A stretch of DNA of 64,000 nt from Paecilomyces variotii (lineage: Eukaryota): assembly GCA_004022145.1 (NCBI GenBank), contig RCNU01000005.1. One strand, 5' to 3'. This document shows positions 26,208 through 39,388 of the stretch, piece by piece. The position numbers and the translations under genes are program-made. The notes beneath the pieces were generated by a model that was not told where the DNA came from, ran no database searches, and worked only from the letters and a program-made list of their open reading frames with translations. The first letter of the stretch is position 1, and every line of letters begins with the position of its first letter.

Positions 26208-27504
26208 GCGAAGTACCACCTCACATGGTAGTGAGTCGGACAGAAAGGCATCTGCGTGCCAAAAAGCCGCCCCAGGTTTTCGTTCCCAGCTTCCGCTCCA
26301 AGAAGAGATCTTCTTATTTGGGACCATGCCTATTTCAAATCTCGCTTAATGCGTAAGGGCTTGGGATTAAAAATTATACGAGGTTGAAGCGCACGATGTC
26401 ATGTGCAAGTCGCGCACAGGTCACGAACTTGACTTGCAGCAAGATGCGTGCGCCACAAGATCTATCTGATCAATAGAGTAAAGCGGAGACCAAGATCGGC
26501 CATGCAGCTAAATGAGCCTCAATATGATAAAAGACGACGGAATGTCATTGTCGAGGAATGGAGGGGCAGCGATCGAACCAATCATGGATTTGTTCTGGAA
26601 TCCTATGTTCGATCTCGGCGTGGAGGAAAAAAGCCCCTGACTAGGCGGTTGAGCCATACCATTGTGACGAAAGTGGATATGAAAACGGCATCGTTGAGAT
26701 GATGAAAACAGCCGATATGCGTTCTCTTCAGGAACCGTATAAAGTCGATGCCTGCGCTATATGGGCGGTTCCATGGATGACAGATGCTCACATTCACTAA
26801 TCCTCTTTTTGTTTCGTTCTTTTTTCCTGTTCTTTGCGCCAGAGGGGCCTAGTACTAGTAAGTCGTGACACAGGATGAATGCGAAGGGAGTGATTGATGC
26901 TCATTACTGGAGTCGCTTCCACCGGACTTCATTTTAGCCTCGATCGCGTCCCTGGCGAGACCAAACGCGAGTCGAGATCTCCCATGGGATGACATCAAGG
27001 GGGCGATGTTTGTTCAACGCCTCCCGAACGCGGTGGCGGCGCTTGGCTGGCGCCTGGGGCTGTTGCTCCCGAGGGAGTATTTTAATTACAACCTTGCAAA
27101 TGGAGTCGGAGACCCCGTTGGGTGGTTGCGTATGCCGTACACAGACCCCAGACTGGTTGGCCTAGTCACGACTAGGCTGAGAAGTCTCTGCAACAGCGGG
27201 GCTGAAGCTTTCTTGGGGGGCCATGGAGTTGAGGGATTGAGATGTTGAGATGTTGAGACGTTGCAGTGGTGAGATGGTGAAGAGCACGGAGAGCAGAATG
27301 ATAATATGATGATATGATAATAATAATCAATCATTAGGCCGTCTGCAGTTTGTCGTGGACGTCAGATAGCAAGTTTCAACTAACAATTAGCTGTTCCTGG
27401 AGAAAATGGAGGCGGGGGCGGCGTCTGCGCCTGCCGCTCTCTCCGCGCGGAAATCGGCTGGGCCGGATTGGGAGCCAGTATACTTTGTACTCTATCTGGC
27501 ATGC

Positions 27505-27527
27505 ATTATTATTATTATTATTATTAT
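27505..27527. repeat. (ATT)n microsatellite, about 7 units
   Basis: gcattattattattattattattattt. Confidence 0.85.
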
Positions 27528-28017
27528 TTGGCTGCACCGCTATTAGTTGAGTCGGATTTCCTGGACAGTGGAGACGATGATAATAATGCAGAAGACCAGG
27601 ATGATTATTATTTCTGGCAGATGGATGGAGACATTATTGCAAATCCAGACCCTGCAGTTGAACAGAGGCAACGCTTGACAGCAGTCTCGAACACTGCCCT
27701 AGCGACGAGATCTCTGCAGACCACGCACAAACCACGTTTTCTGTCTGCTCCACAAAGACATCCCAGATCGTACTTGGTGTTGCTCGACGTATCGGCTGTC
27801 GTACTGACCCGGGATAGCGAATATTGGGCCCGCAAGCACGTCATTACCGGCCTCAATCTTCGCTCTTTTCGGCGAGTGGATAGCGCCGTGTCGGTGGAAC
27901 AAAAATAGTCGCCGCTGCATAAAGATATCCAGATCTGCTTTTCTCGCTCGTGGATTTTTTTTTAACACGGTTCCTCCATTATTATTGTCCATTCCGCAGT
28001 CGTGGTTTGGACCTGAG

Positions 28018-28238
28018 CTTATCTCGACTGATACTTACTTATCTCCGCCTCAGGATCAGTTGCCGCCATTGGGATCAGCGCTGCGCCAATTAGTGCGAGG
28101 CTCCGGGCCGCCTGACAATTGCTCTGCTTGATAAAGACGCCTGTCGTGTCTCAACTCGCCCAGAGCTGGTCGTTTTCTTTATCGGGGACTCCCTTTCCTG
28201 ATATGTTGAATATCTCCTCGCGTCGTCGGTCTAGATAA
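28018..28238. promoter_or_regulatory. Cluster of five GATAA sites upstream of the amino-acid permease (candidate AreA/NIT2 sites)
   Basis: CTTATC 28018, CTTATC 28038, TGATAA 28129, TTTATC 28178, AGATAA 28233, all within 330 bp of the ATG. Confidence 0.55.
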
Positions 28239-28343
28239 ACGCCGTATAATACGAAGGTGGCACATGTGTCCGAGGGTCTTCACAATTGAATTTCTCTCTC
28301 TGCCGGTCGCTCTCCTACAAAAGGAGACGGTTCGTTCAGTGAA

Positions 28344-30119
28344 ATGGCGATGAATCACGACTCCTGGGACTATGTCGCCCGCAGGAACAGTCACGGATCT
28401 CAGTCGCCTTCCGAGAAGAGTGGACATGAGGTTCCCAAACTGAAAGACGGTTACGATCTCGAGGACCAAAGTTCAGAACGGAGGAACAGTCGCATTGCGC
28501 CCATCCACTCGAATACCTCCGTCGATAGGCTCAGTGTGAGTCGACAGGTCGAGCTGGAAGCGGAGAATGCGATCAAGTACCGAACATGCAGTTGGCAAAA
28601 GGTGGGCAGTGCTGTTTGATGGACATCTGCGCAATGGACAATGTTAACAAATCTGCGCAGACCGCCGCATTGCTCTTTTCGGAGTATATCTGCCTGGCCA
28701 TCATGTCATTTCCGTGGTCGTATTCGATCCTGGGGCTCGTCCCGGGCTTGATCTTGACTGTCGTGGTGGCCGCTCTAGTGCTCTATACCTCACTTATCGT
28801 CTGGTATGTGGAACCTTATCGGGAAGCATGTCCCCGGATCTGCAATGCTGACACTCGCTTAGGCAATTCTGCCTACGCCATCCAGAAGTCCGTGATGTTT
28901 GTGATATTGGCCAGTATTTGTTCTGGGACTCCAGGATCGCATGGTGGGTGACGGCCATCATGTTCCTGTTGAACAACACCTTCATTCAGGTATGAAGGCT
29001 CATGTCTATATGTTTTCACAATGCCCTAACGCTTTTCAGGGTCTCCACTGCTTGGTGGGTGCGAAGTATCTCAACACGATGACGGGCGGTGGAACTTGCA
29101 CCATCGTTTGGACTGTCGTGGCCGCAGTGATCTCTTGGGTTTTTTCATTGCCTCGAACGTTCGATACACTGTCGAAAGCTGCCACTCTCTCCGCCTTCTT
29201 CACCTTCATCTCGGTACTCCTCGCCACTATCTTCGCAGCGATCGAGCCCCATCCCGCGGGATTTGATCCGAATCCCAATGCCGCTGTTGGTGGAAACCCC
29301 ATTGTAACGGCTATCCCTATCGCCGGAACGACCTTCGTGTCAGGCATGAGCGCATTCCTGAATATCAGCTATACATTCATCGGTCAGATCACACTGCCCA
29401 GTTTCATCGCGGAGATGAAGGAGCCCAAGGACTTCTGGAAAGCGGTCACTGCCGTCACAGTCGCCGAAGTGATTGTGTTCAGCATAGTAGGAGCGGTTGT
29501 CTACGCCTATACTGGAAACCAGTATATGACCTCTCCGGCGTTCGGCTCGCTGGGTGAACAAGTCTACAAAAAGGTGTCTTTTTCGTTCATGATTCCGACG
29601 TTGATCTTTTTGGGAGTACTGTACGCCTCAGTCTCTGCTCGCTTCATCTTCTTCCGAATTTTCGAAGGAACACGCCACAAGAGCAACCATACAGTTGTGG
29701 GCTGGGCTTCCTGGGCTGGCATCCTAGCGGTTCTCTGGATCGCGGCGTGGATCATCGCTGAGGTTATCCCCTTCTTCTCCGATCTTCTGTCCATCATGAG
29801 TTCACTTTTCGACTCCTTCTTTGGGTTTATCTTCTGGGGTGTCGCATACCTGCGGATGCGACGTGCGGACTATGGCCCTGGTTTCTATAGGAAACGGGGT
29901 ATCCGTGGTTCGATTGGGTTCATTGTTAATATCCTCATCATCCTGGCCGGTCTTTTCTTCCTCGGCCCTGGCACCTACGTAAGTTCACACATACACCACG
30001 TTTTACCGAGCATGATGACTGACTGTTTTCTTCCAAAGGCCTCCGTTGACAGTGTTGTCCTGAGCTACGAAGCTGGCACCGTCGGCAGCGCTTTCTCCTG
30101 CGCTAACAATGGTCTGTAG
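28344..30119 (+). CDS. Neutral amino-acid permease (Aa_trans / Neurospora Mtr-like), 5 exons
   Basis: IKYRTCSWQK|TAALLFSEYICLAIMSFPWSYSILGLVPG, HPEVRDVCDIG, FLNISYTFIGQITLPSFIAEMKEPKDF, IAEVIPFFSDLLSIMSSLF; many hydrophobic segments. Confidence 0.92.
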
Positions 30120-30617
30120 GCTATACATTCCATCCTGTTGCCAATAGTAGCAGTTGCATCGCATTTTGCACAATAGGGGTCTTTTTTTTTATGTCGGTAT
30201 ATTTTTCTTTATAAAAGTTTTGGGAAATGGAGATTCCCCTCTTGGAAGCGTTGAAACATATATACCCTCACAAGACGGCTATCTGCACCGGGCTTCTTGT
30301 GCCTTGTGGCCATTGATTCTCCGTGGGGCACTTGCCACTCAATCAAGCATGATAATGTTCTGGCTCTTCCATAGAAGTATATACCGTCGTGCAGCTTCAC
30401 TTAGCCGCAGTACTAGCCTATACCCACTGCGCTTGTACTCTTAGCTGGCGGCGCCCCCATCTTGCTAGCAAAGAGTATTCCGGAGTGGATCAGCGGAGAA
30501 CCGTATCACCACGTGACTTTTCCGTTATCGCCGGCAAGTTGCCCGCCTCCGCATCTTATTATTCTCGCGGACAAGCAGTCCACGTTCCTTAAACCGTCTA
30601 ATTTTTTGTCAAAAATC

Positions 30618-32163
30618 ATGGTTAAAGCGATGAGGCCGTTTACTAGAGCATCAAGGCTCATCAACACCCGGGCGTTATGTCCCAAGTCCTTCTCCACGGC
30701 TGCCAATGGCTCTATCTCGACCACCCAGCTTCGGAGACAGCTCCCCTCGCACGCCGTCCGTTGCCCGACAGCTCGTCTGCTCCCCGGCATCAGAGCTGGA
30801 GCGCTCGTCCAGCAGAATGCGGCGAGATATGCATCCTCTACGGTCGTTGATCCGGCGACACTGGGTAAGACGCAGCTCTATGATCTGCACATCTCCCGCG
30901 GGGCAAAGATGGTGCCATTCGCCGATTTTGCCATGCCTTTGCAGTATTCCGACCTGAGCCACGTTGAAAGTCACAAGTGGACAAGAGAGAAGGCTAGTTT
31001 ATTTGATGTTAGTCACATGTGAGTCTATCAATTGCTTCCTCAGATGGGCCGTAGTTATATATCGTCTTTGTTCTCCATGTACATAGCTGACGTGACGCCT
31101 CGACAGGGTGCAGCATTCCCTCCGAGGACCTGGTGCAATTGACCTCCTCATGAAGGTCACCCCATCGTCCCTGGATAAGCTGCCTAATAACCAGTCGACG
31201 CTTTCATGCTTGCTGGAGGAGGGAACTGGTGGTATCATCGATGATACCGTTATCACTCGCCTGGACAAGGACTCGTTCTATTTCGTCACCAACGCTGGCC
31301 GGCGAAAGGATGACCTAGCCTTCTTGCAGGCCGAAATTGATGCGTACAAGAAGGAGCACGGTGAGAGCAGCATCACATGGGATGTGCTCGAGGATCGGGC
31401 GCTTGTTGCTCTGCAGGGTCCCTTGGCTGCTTCTGTCCTGCAGCCATTGATCCACAAGGACCAGCAGGCGGACACCGATCTCAGCACCCTTTACTTCGGA
31501 CAGTGCCGCTCCTTGTACCTGACTCTTCCCGACGGATCTGCGACCCCTCACCCTCTCCTTATCTCCCGTACTGGATACACAGGAGAGGATGGGTTTGAGA
31601 TCTCCATTCCTACTGCCGATGCTCCATCTCTGCCCAACGACATCGTTGAGCTTCTCCTGTCAAACCCTGACGAGGTCCGTCTCGCTGGTCTTGCGGCACG
31701 AGACTCCCTCCGTCTTGAGGCGGGTATGTGTCTCTACGGTCAAGACATCACTACTTCGCACACCCCGCCTATGGCCGCTCTCACCTGGCTCGTCGGAAAG
31801 GATCGTCGAGACCCTTCCACAGCCAAGTTCAATGGTGCTTCCGTAATCCTGCCCCAGATCGCGTCTCCGTCAAAGACGCTCAGCCAGCGTCGTGTTGGAT
31901 TCACGATCGAGAAAGGACCACCAGCCCGTGAGGGTGCCATCATCGTCGAACTGTCAGAGGACGGTCACAAAAACCAGGTCGGCGTCATCACCTCCGGTCT
32001 TCCGAGTCCCACCTTGGGTGGCACCAACATTGCCATGGGATACATCAAGCAGGGCCTGCACAAGAAGGGAACGGAGGTTGGTGTTCTTGTAAGGAACAAG
32101 CTACGCAAGGCAACCGTTACTGGTATGCCATTTGTCGAGAGCAAATTCTACCGCAAGCAATGA
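30618..32163 (+). CDS. GCV1: Glycine cleavage system T protein (aminomethyltransferase), mitochondrial, 2 exons
   Basis: Presequence-like N-terminus; KTQLYDLH, GAKMVPFA, SLFDVSHM, GGIIDD, ALQGP, SRTGYTGEDGFEI, GLAARDSLRLEAGMCLYG, IAMGY. Confidence 0.96.
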
Positions 32164-32829
32164 TTTATCTCCAGGCAATGACCTGCATCACCTATCCATC
32201 TTTTTTATTATATCCATTTGCTATTTCTTACATCTCATGTTCTATGTCTCCGACGTTTTCGTTTCACGGTTTTTTTTTATTACCTTATGGGAGATGAACA
32301 TATGCTGGGAATCGTTGTGCATTACCACCACATATTCAACATATTAGACGATATTATAGGAGAAACGAACCAAAAAATGGCGAGTACAGTGAATGACAAT
32401 CACCAAAGTTAACCAGCTAGCGTGTCACTAGCTGGATCCATGGTAAAGCAGTCACTGTCCCTTGCGTAGTATTCGGTGTAACATCCAATAACCTAGAACA
32501 TACTGTGCCCTGTCTTATATTGAATCCATACTCCCATATCCATGCTACGGGTGAGACCTCGTGACCTTACGTCCAATACAACAACCTCGCCTAACTTCAC
32601 CATAATTCGAGGGAAGAGTGCTTCAGATGACATGTAATTGTGTTACCTTATACGTAGAGATGGACCGAGATTCTCATAGATATGAATCCTACAGCTAGCT
32701 AGAATTAATTCTCCTCTAGCATAACGAAACATGACATCCATCCCTCCCAAGACCAAGCCCAAAGAAAAAAACAAAAAAAAAAATACAATACCTAACTTAA
32801 AACCAGCCATTATCTCTCTCTCTCACACA

Positions 32830-34119
32830 ATGTCCTCATCCTCCCCCCGAGTCCTAATCATCGGTGCTGGAATATCCGGCCTCGCACTCGCCCAAGGCCT
32901 CCGCCGCCGGGGTATATCATTCACGATCTTCGAACGCGACATCCTCTCCGAACCCAAACGGCAAAACTACCGACACAAGATCGCGGGGCCGATCCAAACC
33001 AAATTGCGCGATCTCCTAACAGACGAAGCGTGGGAGGAATTCGTCAAAAACGTCGCGGAGACGGCGTTGGGTGAGACGACGGTTAATGCGATTGATGGGA
33101 GTGTGATTGCGTGTCGAAAGGGGAGGATTCAGAAGGGGACGACAGTTCCATGGACGGTGGAAAGGAATCTGTTGAGGAGGGCGATGATGAAGGGGATTGA
33201 AGAGGATATTCAGTTTGGGATGCGGTTTGTGAGGTTTGAAGTTCGTGATGATGATTATAGTCACGATCATGATAATAAGGACGAGGATGATGAGAAGGAA
33301 AAGAAGGAGGAAAGAAAAGGTGCAGTAGTAGCAGCATACTTCCAAGATGGGACGATCGAATACGGCACTCTCCTCGTCGGTGCAGATGGTATACGTTCAA
33401 AAGTCCGCAAACAACTCCTCCCTGACCTCAAGCCCGTCGATACAGAAACATGCTGTATCTACGGTAAAACATGGCTGAGTCACGAGCTACTATCACGATT
33501 CCCGCCTCAATATCGGAAATGGCTAACCGTCATTCGAGACCGGACTCCATTTTTCCATTCGACTATCTCCGGCGAGGCGCCTATCGCGCTGATATGCGAG
33601 CCGATTCGCTTCTTCAGTCTTGATAGAGGAATTGTCCGCCCAGGTTCGATCCATTGGTGTCTGGTATTTCCGCAGGATACGTCTGGGTTAGGATCAATGG
33701 AGTTGAATGAAGCGCTGGCTTCTTTACCTGCCGAATTGGCGATGGAGATGACGAGCGACTGGCATGTCTCGATTCGATCGCTGATTGAGCTTCAGGATCC
33801 TTCACTCACGATTGGGATGAGGATTTATTCTGCGGATCCGAATATGGAGGCATGGACGCCCTCGGAGAGGGTGACTGTTATGGGAGATGCGGTTCATGTC
33901 ATGTCGCCGTGTGGGGGTGTGGGAGCTGCTGCGGCGTTGAATGATGCGTATGCTTTGGTGAAGATCATATGTGAGGAAGGGGTGTCTGGAACATCGATTG
34001 GGAAGTATGAAGAGAGGATGAGGGAGTTTGCAAAGGTGTGTATTCAGAGGAGTTATGAAGTAGGGGGGAAGATGGTGGCAGTGCCGGCTTTTGAGGAGTG
34101 TGCGAAGGTAGATCTATAA
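32830..34119 (+). CDS. FAD-dependent monooxygenase (group A aromatic hydroxylase family), intronless; alternative upstream ATG at 32731
   Basis: VLIIGAGISGLALA (GxGxxG), LLVGADGIRS (DG motif), VTVMGDAVHVMSPCGGVGAAAALNDA (GD motif). Confidence 0.9.
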   Translation: MSSSSPRVLIIGAGISGLALAQGLRRRGISFTIFERDILSEPKRQNYRHKIAGPIQTKLRDLLTDEAWEEFVKNVAETALGETTVNAIDGSVIACRKGRIQKGTTVPWTVERNLLRRAMMKGIEEDIQFGMRFVRFEVRDDDYSHDHDNKDEDDEKEKKEERKGAVVAAYFQDGTIEYGTLLVGADGIRSKVRKQLLPDLKPVDTETCCIYGKTWLSHELLSRFPPQYRKWLTVIRDRTPFFHSTISGEAPIALICEPIRFFSLDRGIVRPGSIHWCLVFPQDTSGLGSMELNEALASLPAELAMEMTSDWHVSIRSLIELQDPSLTIGMRIYSADPNMEAWTPSERVTVMGDAVHVMSPCGGVGAAAALNDAYALVKIICEEGVSGTSIGKYEERMREFAKVCIQRSYEVGGKMVAVPAFEECAKVDL

Positions 34120-34429
34120 TATGCTTTGTGCGTTGTGGTTGGGTGAGATCAAGTAGGGCTGCTTTTGTTGTATACTTATAGGAGGATTGTCTTAAGCTGA
34201 AGATATGGGTTGTACTCAATATCAGATTGCCATTATTAGTGATGTTTCTTCATTCATTGTCAAGATTGACTCTTCAACGCCCGAAATCATGTCCCTCAGG
34301 GTATCATAATCCAACAACATACGTAGACATGGAAAAGTGAAAAAAGAAAAAAAGAAAAAGAAATTTAAATATAAATAAATAACAAAACACCTTGCCATCC
34401 AAGTGTGACATGCTGGCCAGCCAGCATCA

Positions 34430-36063
34430 CTAATACTTCGTTAATGTCTGAACTATATCTTTACGCTTGGATCGAACCACCCGGTATATGCGTCGCTTGC
34501 CAATCTTGATCAACTCACGCGGCTTCATCGCTTTAGGACGAACCGAGACCGTCGGAACAATAGCCACGCGAGGCTTCATCTCAGGAGAGGGATAAATCAC
34601 CGGAGGACTGGCCGGAGGCAAAGGAGGCGGCGTCAAAGTATCCGCCGTCTCTTGTACCTTCTCCCAGCCACTGCTATCATCCTCCGTAGAGCACGTCTCA
34701 TGAGAATCTTCGCATGAGGAACCATCCTGCTCATGTGAGCGCCATCCAAGAGGATCCCAATCCTCTGACGGAGTATATGATTCAACGGCACATTCGTCCA
34801 GGGGGAAATTCCGCTGCAGGAGTCGGGCTCTCATTTCCCTGAGGGCTCTGAGAGAGGTATATGTTTCGAGTGAGATCATTGGCCGCATTGATTGACTGGA
34901 TTCGCTAGATGAAGAAGGGGAAGAAGTGGAAAGGCTCGGTGCAACAGGCTGGCGTTCTCCTGGAGGAGTATAAGATTCGATGGCGCATCCACTTAGCACA
35001 GCACTGTATCCCTGCTCATGGCCACCCATCTCGTTGACGAGATCTTCCAGGACATTTGACGATGTGGGAGCAGCAAGGTTGCGTGTGTCGGTTGGAGATT
35101 CACGGTGCAGCATAGAGGTGAGTGCTGATACTCGAGAAGGTCCAGGCGACGACATGACCTTGGGAAACGACAAGTTTGAAGCTCGTGCTTTTCCAGCGGC
35201 GCGCAAAGAGTGAGGACTGGATAAGTCCTGCTCCCTCAGTATGTTCGACCGTGCACGTCGCAACACTAGAGAATGGGCTTCTCGCGATGCTGTACTCCCA
35301 GATCCCGATTGACCTGGCCTCTTACCGCGCATTATGTTTTTAACTGACTCCTTGATCCGCCAGATATCGGGCCCATGATTCCGTAAATATAGTTCCTCCA
35401 GATTATCATGGAGCTGTTTCCACCCTGGGAAACCAGGCTCGTTCTCTATACCTGATTGAATGACAGGATATAGAGAACGATGGTTGCCCATAATGAAAGC
35501 CGGGGTCGGAATATATTCCTCCCCATCTTCCCTTTCATAACAACAGCGCAAAGATATCTCTGAAAATCGAGTATTCGGCAATCGCTGTTCCCTAGCCATT
35601 GCCTCATCATATTCATGGCACAGATCGTGCCCTTCTTGGTGTAGCCCGCCGTTGAAGCCTTCTGGGTAACACTCTGTCCCGGCCCCCCTGGGCACTGAGA
35701 CAACCCACTCGTCGCCAATAAGTTGAATACGCGTGTGACGAGAGGCTGCCTCCCCGGGGCGTATAGTAGCCGAACAGGTCCTCTCCAGAACCGGACGTTT
35801 CTTGCTCAGGGGTTCGTCCCCTGATGTGCTTGGGCGCTTGCTCCTCTTGACCGAAGCACGATATATCTTCTCAAGCTTCGATATGTGAAGCTTCCTTGCA
35901 AGACCTATGTGTAGAGAAACACGTCAGAATATAAATCGCATGGCGTAAGATTAATATATAAGTAGCAAGCCAAGCATAATAAGAAAGAAAGAACTCGGGG
36001 CTCCTCACCACTTCCAGCAACCTTTTCCAACATCCTATCCCAAAAGCCACTCATTTTGCCCAT
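34430..36063 (-). CDS. Hypothetical Ser/Pro-rich protein, probably 2 exons (intron 35905-36008); start uncertain
   Basis: 421-codon ORF extends upstream stop-free to a CTGAC..CATAG acceptor; donor G|GTGAGG joins MGKMSGFWDRMLEKVAGS in frame; no recognisable domain. Confidence 0.6.
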
Positions 36064-38127
36064 AGACCAGCGGCTATGATTGGCAGAAGATTCCATCTAT
36101 AGATCAAGCCTGGGAAATTAAAAGTGGGCAGAGACAAAGAAAACCAGACGACGGGTAATACCACCGAGTAGTAACAGAGTGGCAGTGTTGAAAAGTGTGG
36201 TATTATTAGGGAAACAAGCTAAATATGAGCAGGTCTATGGGAAACAAAGAATAATAAGACACAAAGGGCATGAAGGGGAAAGGAAAAAGTGTTGGTAGTC
36301 GATGTAATGAATTCTCGGGGCAGGATGGAAAAGGAAGAGAAGTCCAAATAAATAGATAGTGGGCGTATAAACAATAACAATAGGTATACAAAGGGAGTAA
36401 GTCAGTCATAGGGAGGTTACCGTCATTTAGACAGTACAATAATATAGTCAGTCGACGGGAGTCACCCTCTGATTATGACTGGGTGTTTCCGGGGAATATT
36501 CACGTAGGAACATGATGTATACCACAATGCGCTGGTTCATCGTATATTTTCTTTATATGGGTCATACCCAGGCGTATTTGGCAAGACTCGTCGATTATAA
36601 ACTAGCGGGTAGTTAATTCATTATCTATCTCCAAGTAGGAAAAAGTGACATACCCTGTTCATCACAATCGAGATCCTGTACGCCAGCATATAATACCATA
36701 TCTTGGAATGAAATGGCCAGCTGTGGACAGCCGGTGAAGTATATCTCATTTAACTTGCTGTCTCGAAGTATAGGATGGATTCTAGGAGGTCGCTGATGAT
36801 CAACTAATGAATAATCATTTGAAACGCAGAACATGACTTGACTCTATATCCCGCTGTGAATATCGACAGTCAATAGAGATAGTCTATTGTATATGCACTT
36901 TTATAGATGTCATTGAGTCGTTTGCGCGTCGCATCCATGACTCTAACTCGGGGTCACTGGATAAGAGCAAACATGTGGTCTATCAATCGACAATATTAGT
37001 GTCTGTCAGGGAAACAAAAAGTTTTTGACATTGAATAAGGTTCGTATAAACTGACAGTGTTACTGTCACAACACGAAGAATCAATATTGCCAGAAAGGAA
37101 TCCTGAGGACATCGGAGTTCGCCTTGCTAGAAGCTCAAGGGGAGTCCTTGGTCCTGACTACATAGATTAGACAATCAATATAATCTAAATGGCCAACCGT
37201 CCATATTCATAATCTGAGTAATCAAACATAAATGCTGAAATTCCTCCAAGTATGCTGTTATAAAGGTCTAGCAGCTAGCTCATAAGAGTAAGGTCTGTAC
37301 AATAGAAACACGATAGATACTCTAACCTTGGCATGTAGCCTAACCAGTATTCTTTGACAATCAGCGGAAGACTGACATGTTTGTCTTCCCAGCAATCCAA
37401 AATAAATTACTGAACCCGATCATACATACTACGATGACAGATGACAGGATACAATAACTACTCTGGCCGTTCTCTGTTGCGCCAAGCCTTCATCTCCCTC
37501 AAATGTTGCAGATCGACATTTCCCCAATCAAACCAGACGGGTTCCTCTCACGGTTTGAATAGTTTCAAACACCCAGGGCGTGACGATTAAGGTCGTATCG
37601 TCCACACCTACAGTAACATGCGGTGTGGATGCCTCGTCTCTTTTTCCCCGAATAAGTAAGAAGTAAGTAGGTCGTAAGAATACTGTTTCAACCCCCCATT
37701 GAAAACTCCGATTCCCTACTTGCGTAATGATATAGATATTTACCTAGTTAAGAGAGATTGACGCGCGTTCGAATCTCAGGAGTCAAAAAAGAAACATAAA
37801 CATGTCACGCGAAAATTGATAGTTATCTATAGTTATTATATTAAAAATACTCCGTAGTACTTCCAAATTCAATCTGTTCTTTAACCTGCCCCTCCGCTCC
37901 GCCTCCCGCCCGCGCGGCTTTTTCTCCATATTTTCTAAGTGCCGCTTCGTACTTACTTAGAACTTCCTCCCCCCCACTTGGTCAACCAACTTCTTTCCCT
38001 TGAGCCTCTTTCTTTTCCTACTTTCGTTCTTTTTTCCAGATCAATTATTCCGCGTTGGGGAACTTTTCTGAGATACCCTATATAACCCTTTGCTTTTCGG
38101 GAGTGATTCTTCTTTTGTGTGGAAAAT

Positions 38128-38927
38128 ATGGCGACGTACGTTTTTTTAACCCCTCCTTTGCCCCTCAATTTGGCCCAGCGGTTTGTGGCCGGTGCAGATG
38201 AAGAGGAACGGAACAAATAAACCAGTCCTCAGGAAATATATTGCGAGAGTCTCAATTCCTAGAAAATCGTACACAAAAACTAACGTCCGTTTTTCTCCCT
38301 ATTAGCAACATCACCTACCACGCCGCAGCCGTCACCCGTCCTGAGCGCTGTGCGCTCCGTAAGCAGCGCGGTCTGACCATCTGGCTGACCGGTCTGTCTG
38401 CATCCGGCAAGTCGACTATCGCCGTCGAGCTCGAGCACCAGCTGCTGCAGCGTGGTGTCGGCGCGTACCGTCTGGATGGCGACAACATCCGATTCGGCCT
38501 GAACAAGGACCTGGGTTTCAGCGAGAAGGACCGCAACGAGAACATCCGTCGTATCGCTGAGGTCGCGAAGTTGTTCGCTGATAGTGCGACTGTCGCTATT
38601 ACTTCGTTCATCTCCCCGTACCGAGCGGACCGTGACACTGCGCGTCAGCTGCATGAGGTCCCTACTCCCGGTGAGGAGACGGGACTGCCTTTCGTTGAGG
38701 TCTACGTTGATGTTCCTGTCGAAGTCGCTGAGAAGCGCGACCCCAAGGGTCTGTACAAGAAGGCTCGCGAGGGTATCATTAAGGAGTTCACCGGTATCAG
38801 TGCCCCGTATGAGGCGCCGCTGAAGCCCGAGGTTCACATCGTCAACAACGACATCTCGGTACAGCAGGCCGTGAAGCAGATCATCGATTACCTTGAAGAG
38901 AAGGACTATCTGCCCAAGCAGCAGTAA
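38128..38927 (+). CDS. MET14: Adenylyl-sulfate (APS) kinase (Aspergillus sD), 2 exons, intron 38136-38305
   Basis: ATG GCG AC|gtacgt..ctaac..attag|C gives [23 protein letters not shown]-loop, [39 protein letters not shown]. Confidence 0.97.
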
Positions 38928-39388
38928 ATCTCTGGCTTAAACAGACGGACGTGACTTGCTTTGTGTTGTCATTGTTGAGGATAGCGAGGACTTGCATAGG
39001 AATGGGCCCAGGCTGCGGATATAGAATAGCGCCCCATTGCACATAGAGCACCTCTCGAATCCTCAGTATATACCTTGTTTAGAGCGACGACATGCTAAAT
39101 GATGAAACGTCTGAAGGGACAACGTCGATCGACTTGACCATTGCAGACACAACAGAGTATTTTATTGGAAACTATCAAACTTCATCCACATAATAGGAGT
39201 ATTGGACATTGAAGAGTCAAAAAAATATATATGTAAGCGCTACAGATCCAATGTGAGTATCCAAAGTGCCAACCGTAGAAGCTAAGAAACCTGGATTCAT
39301 GCATGCGAAAAGAGTACACGGCGAATTCAACTATGACCCCCTCCTGCGATCCTTCCAAGAGGCATGCAGCAATACTCGCCGTCATCGC

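Noticed and set aside
27468-27908. 146-aa ORF with poly-Tyr
   Set aside because: TTG start, built on an (ATT)n microsatellite, no supporting splice or domain signal.
37755-37785. tRNA-like GTTCGAATC (B-box/T-loop)
   Set aside because: Flanks do not form a T-stem and no D-arm, anticodon arm or acceptor stem can be built.
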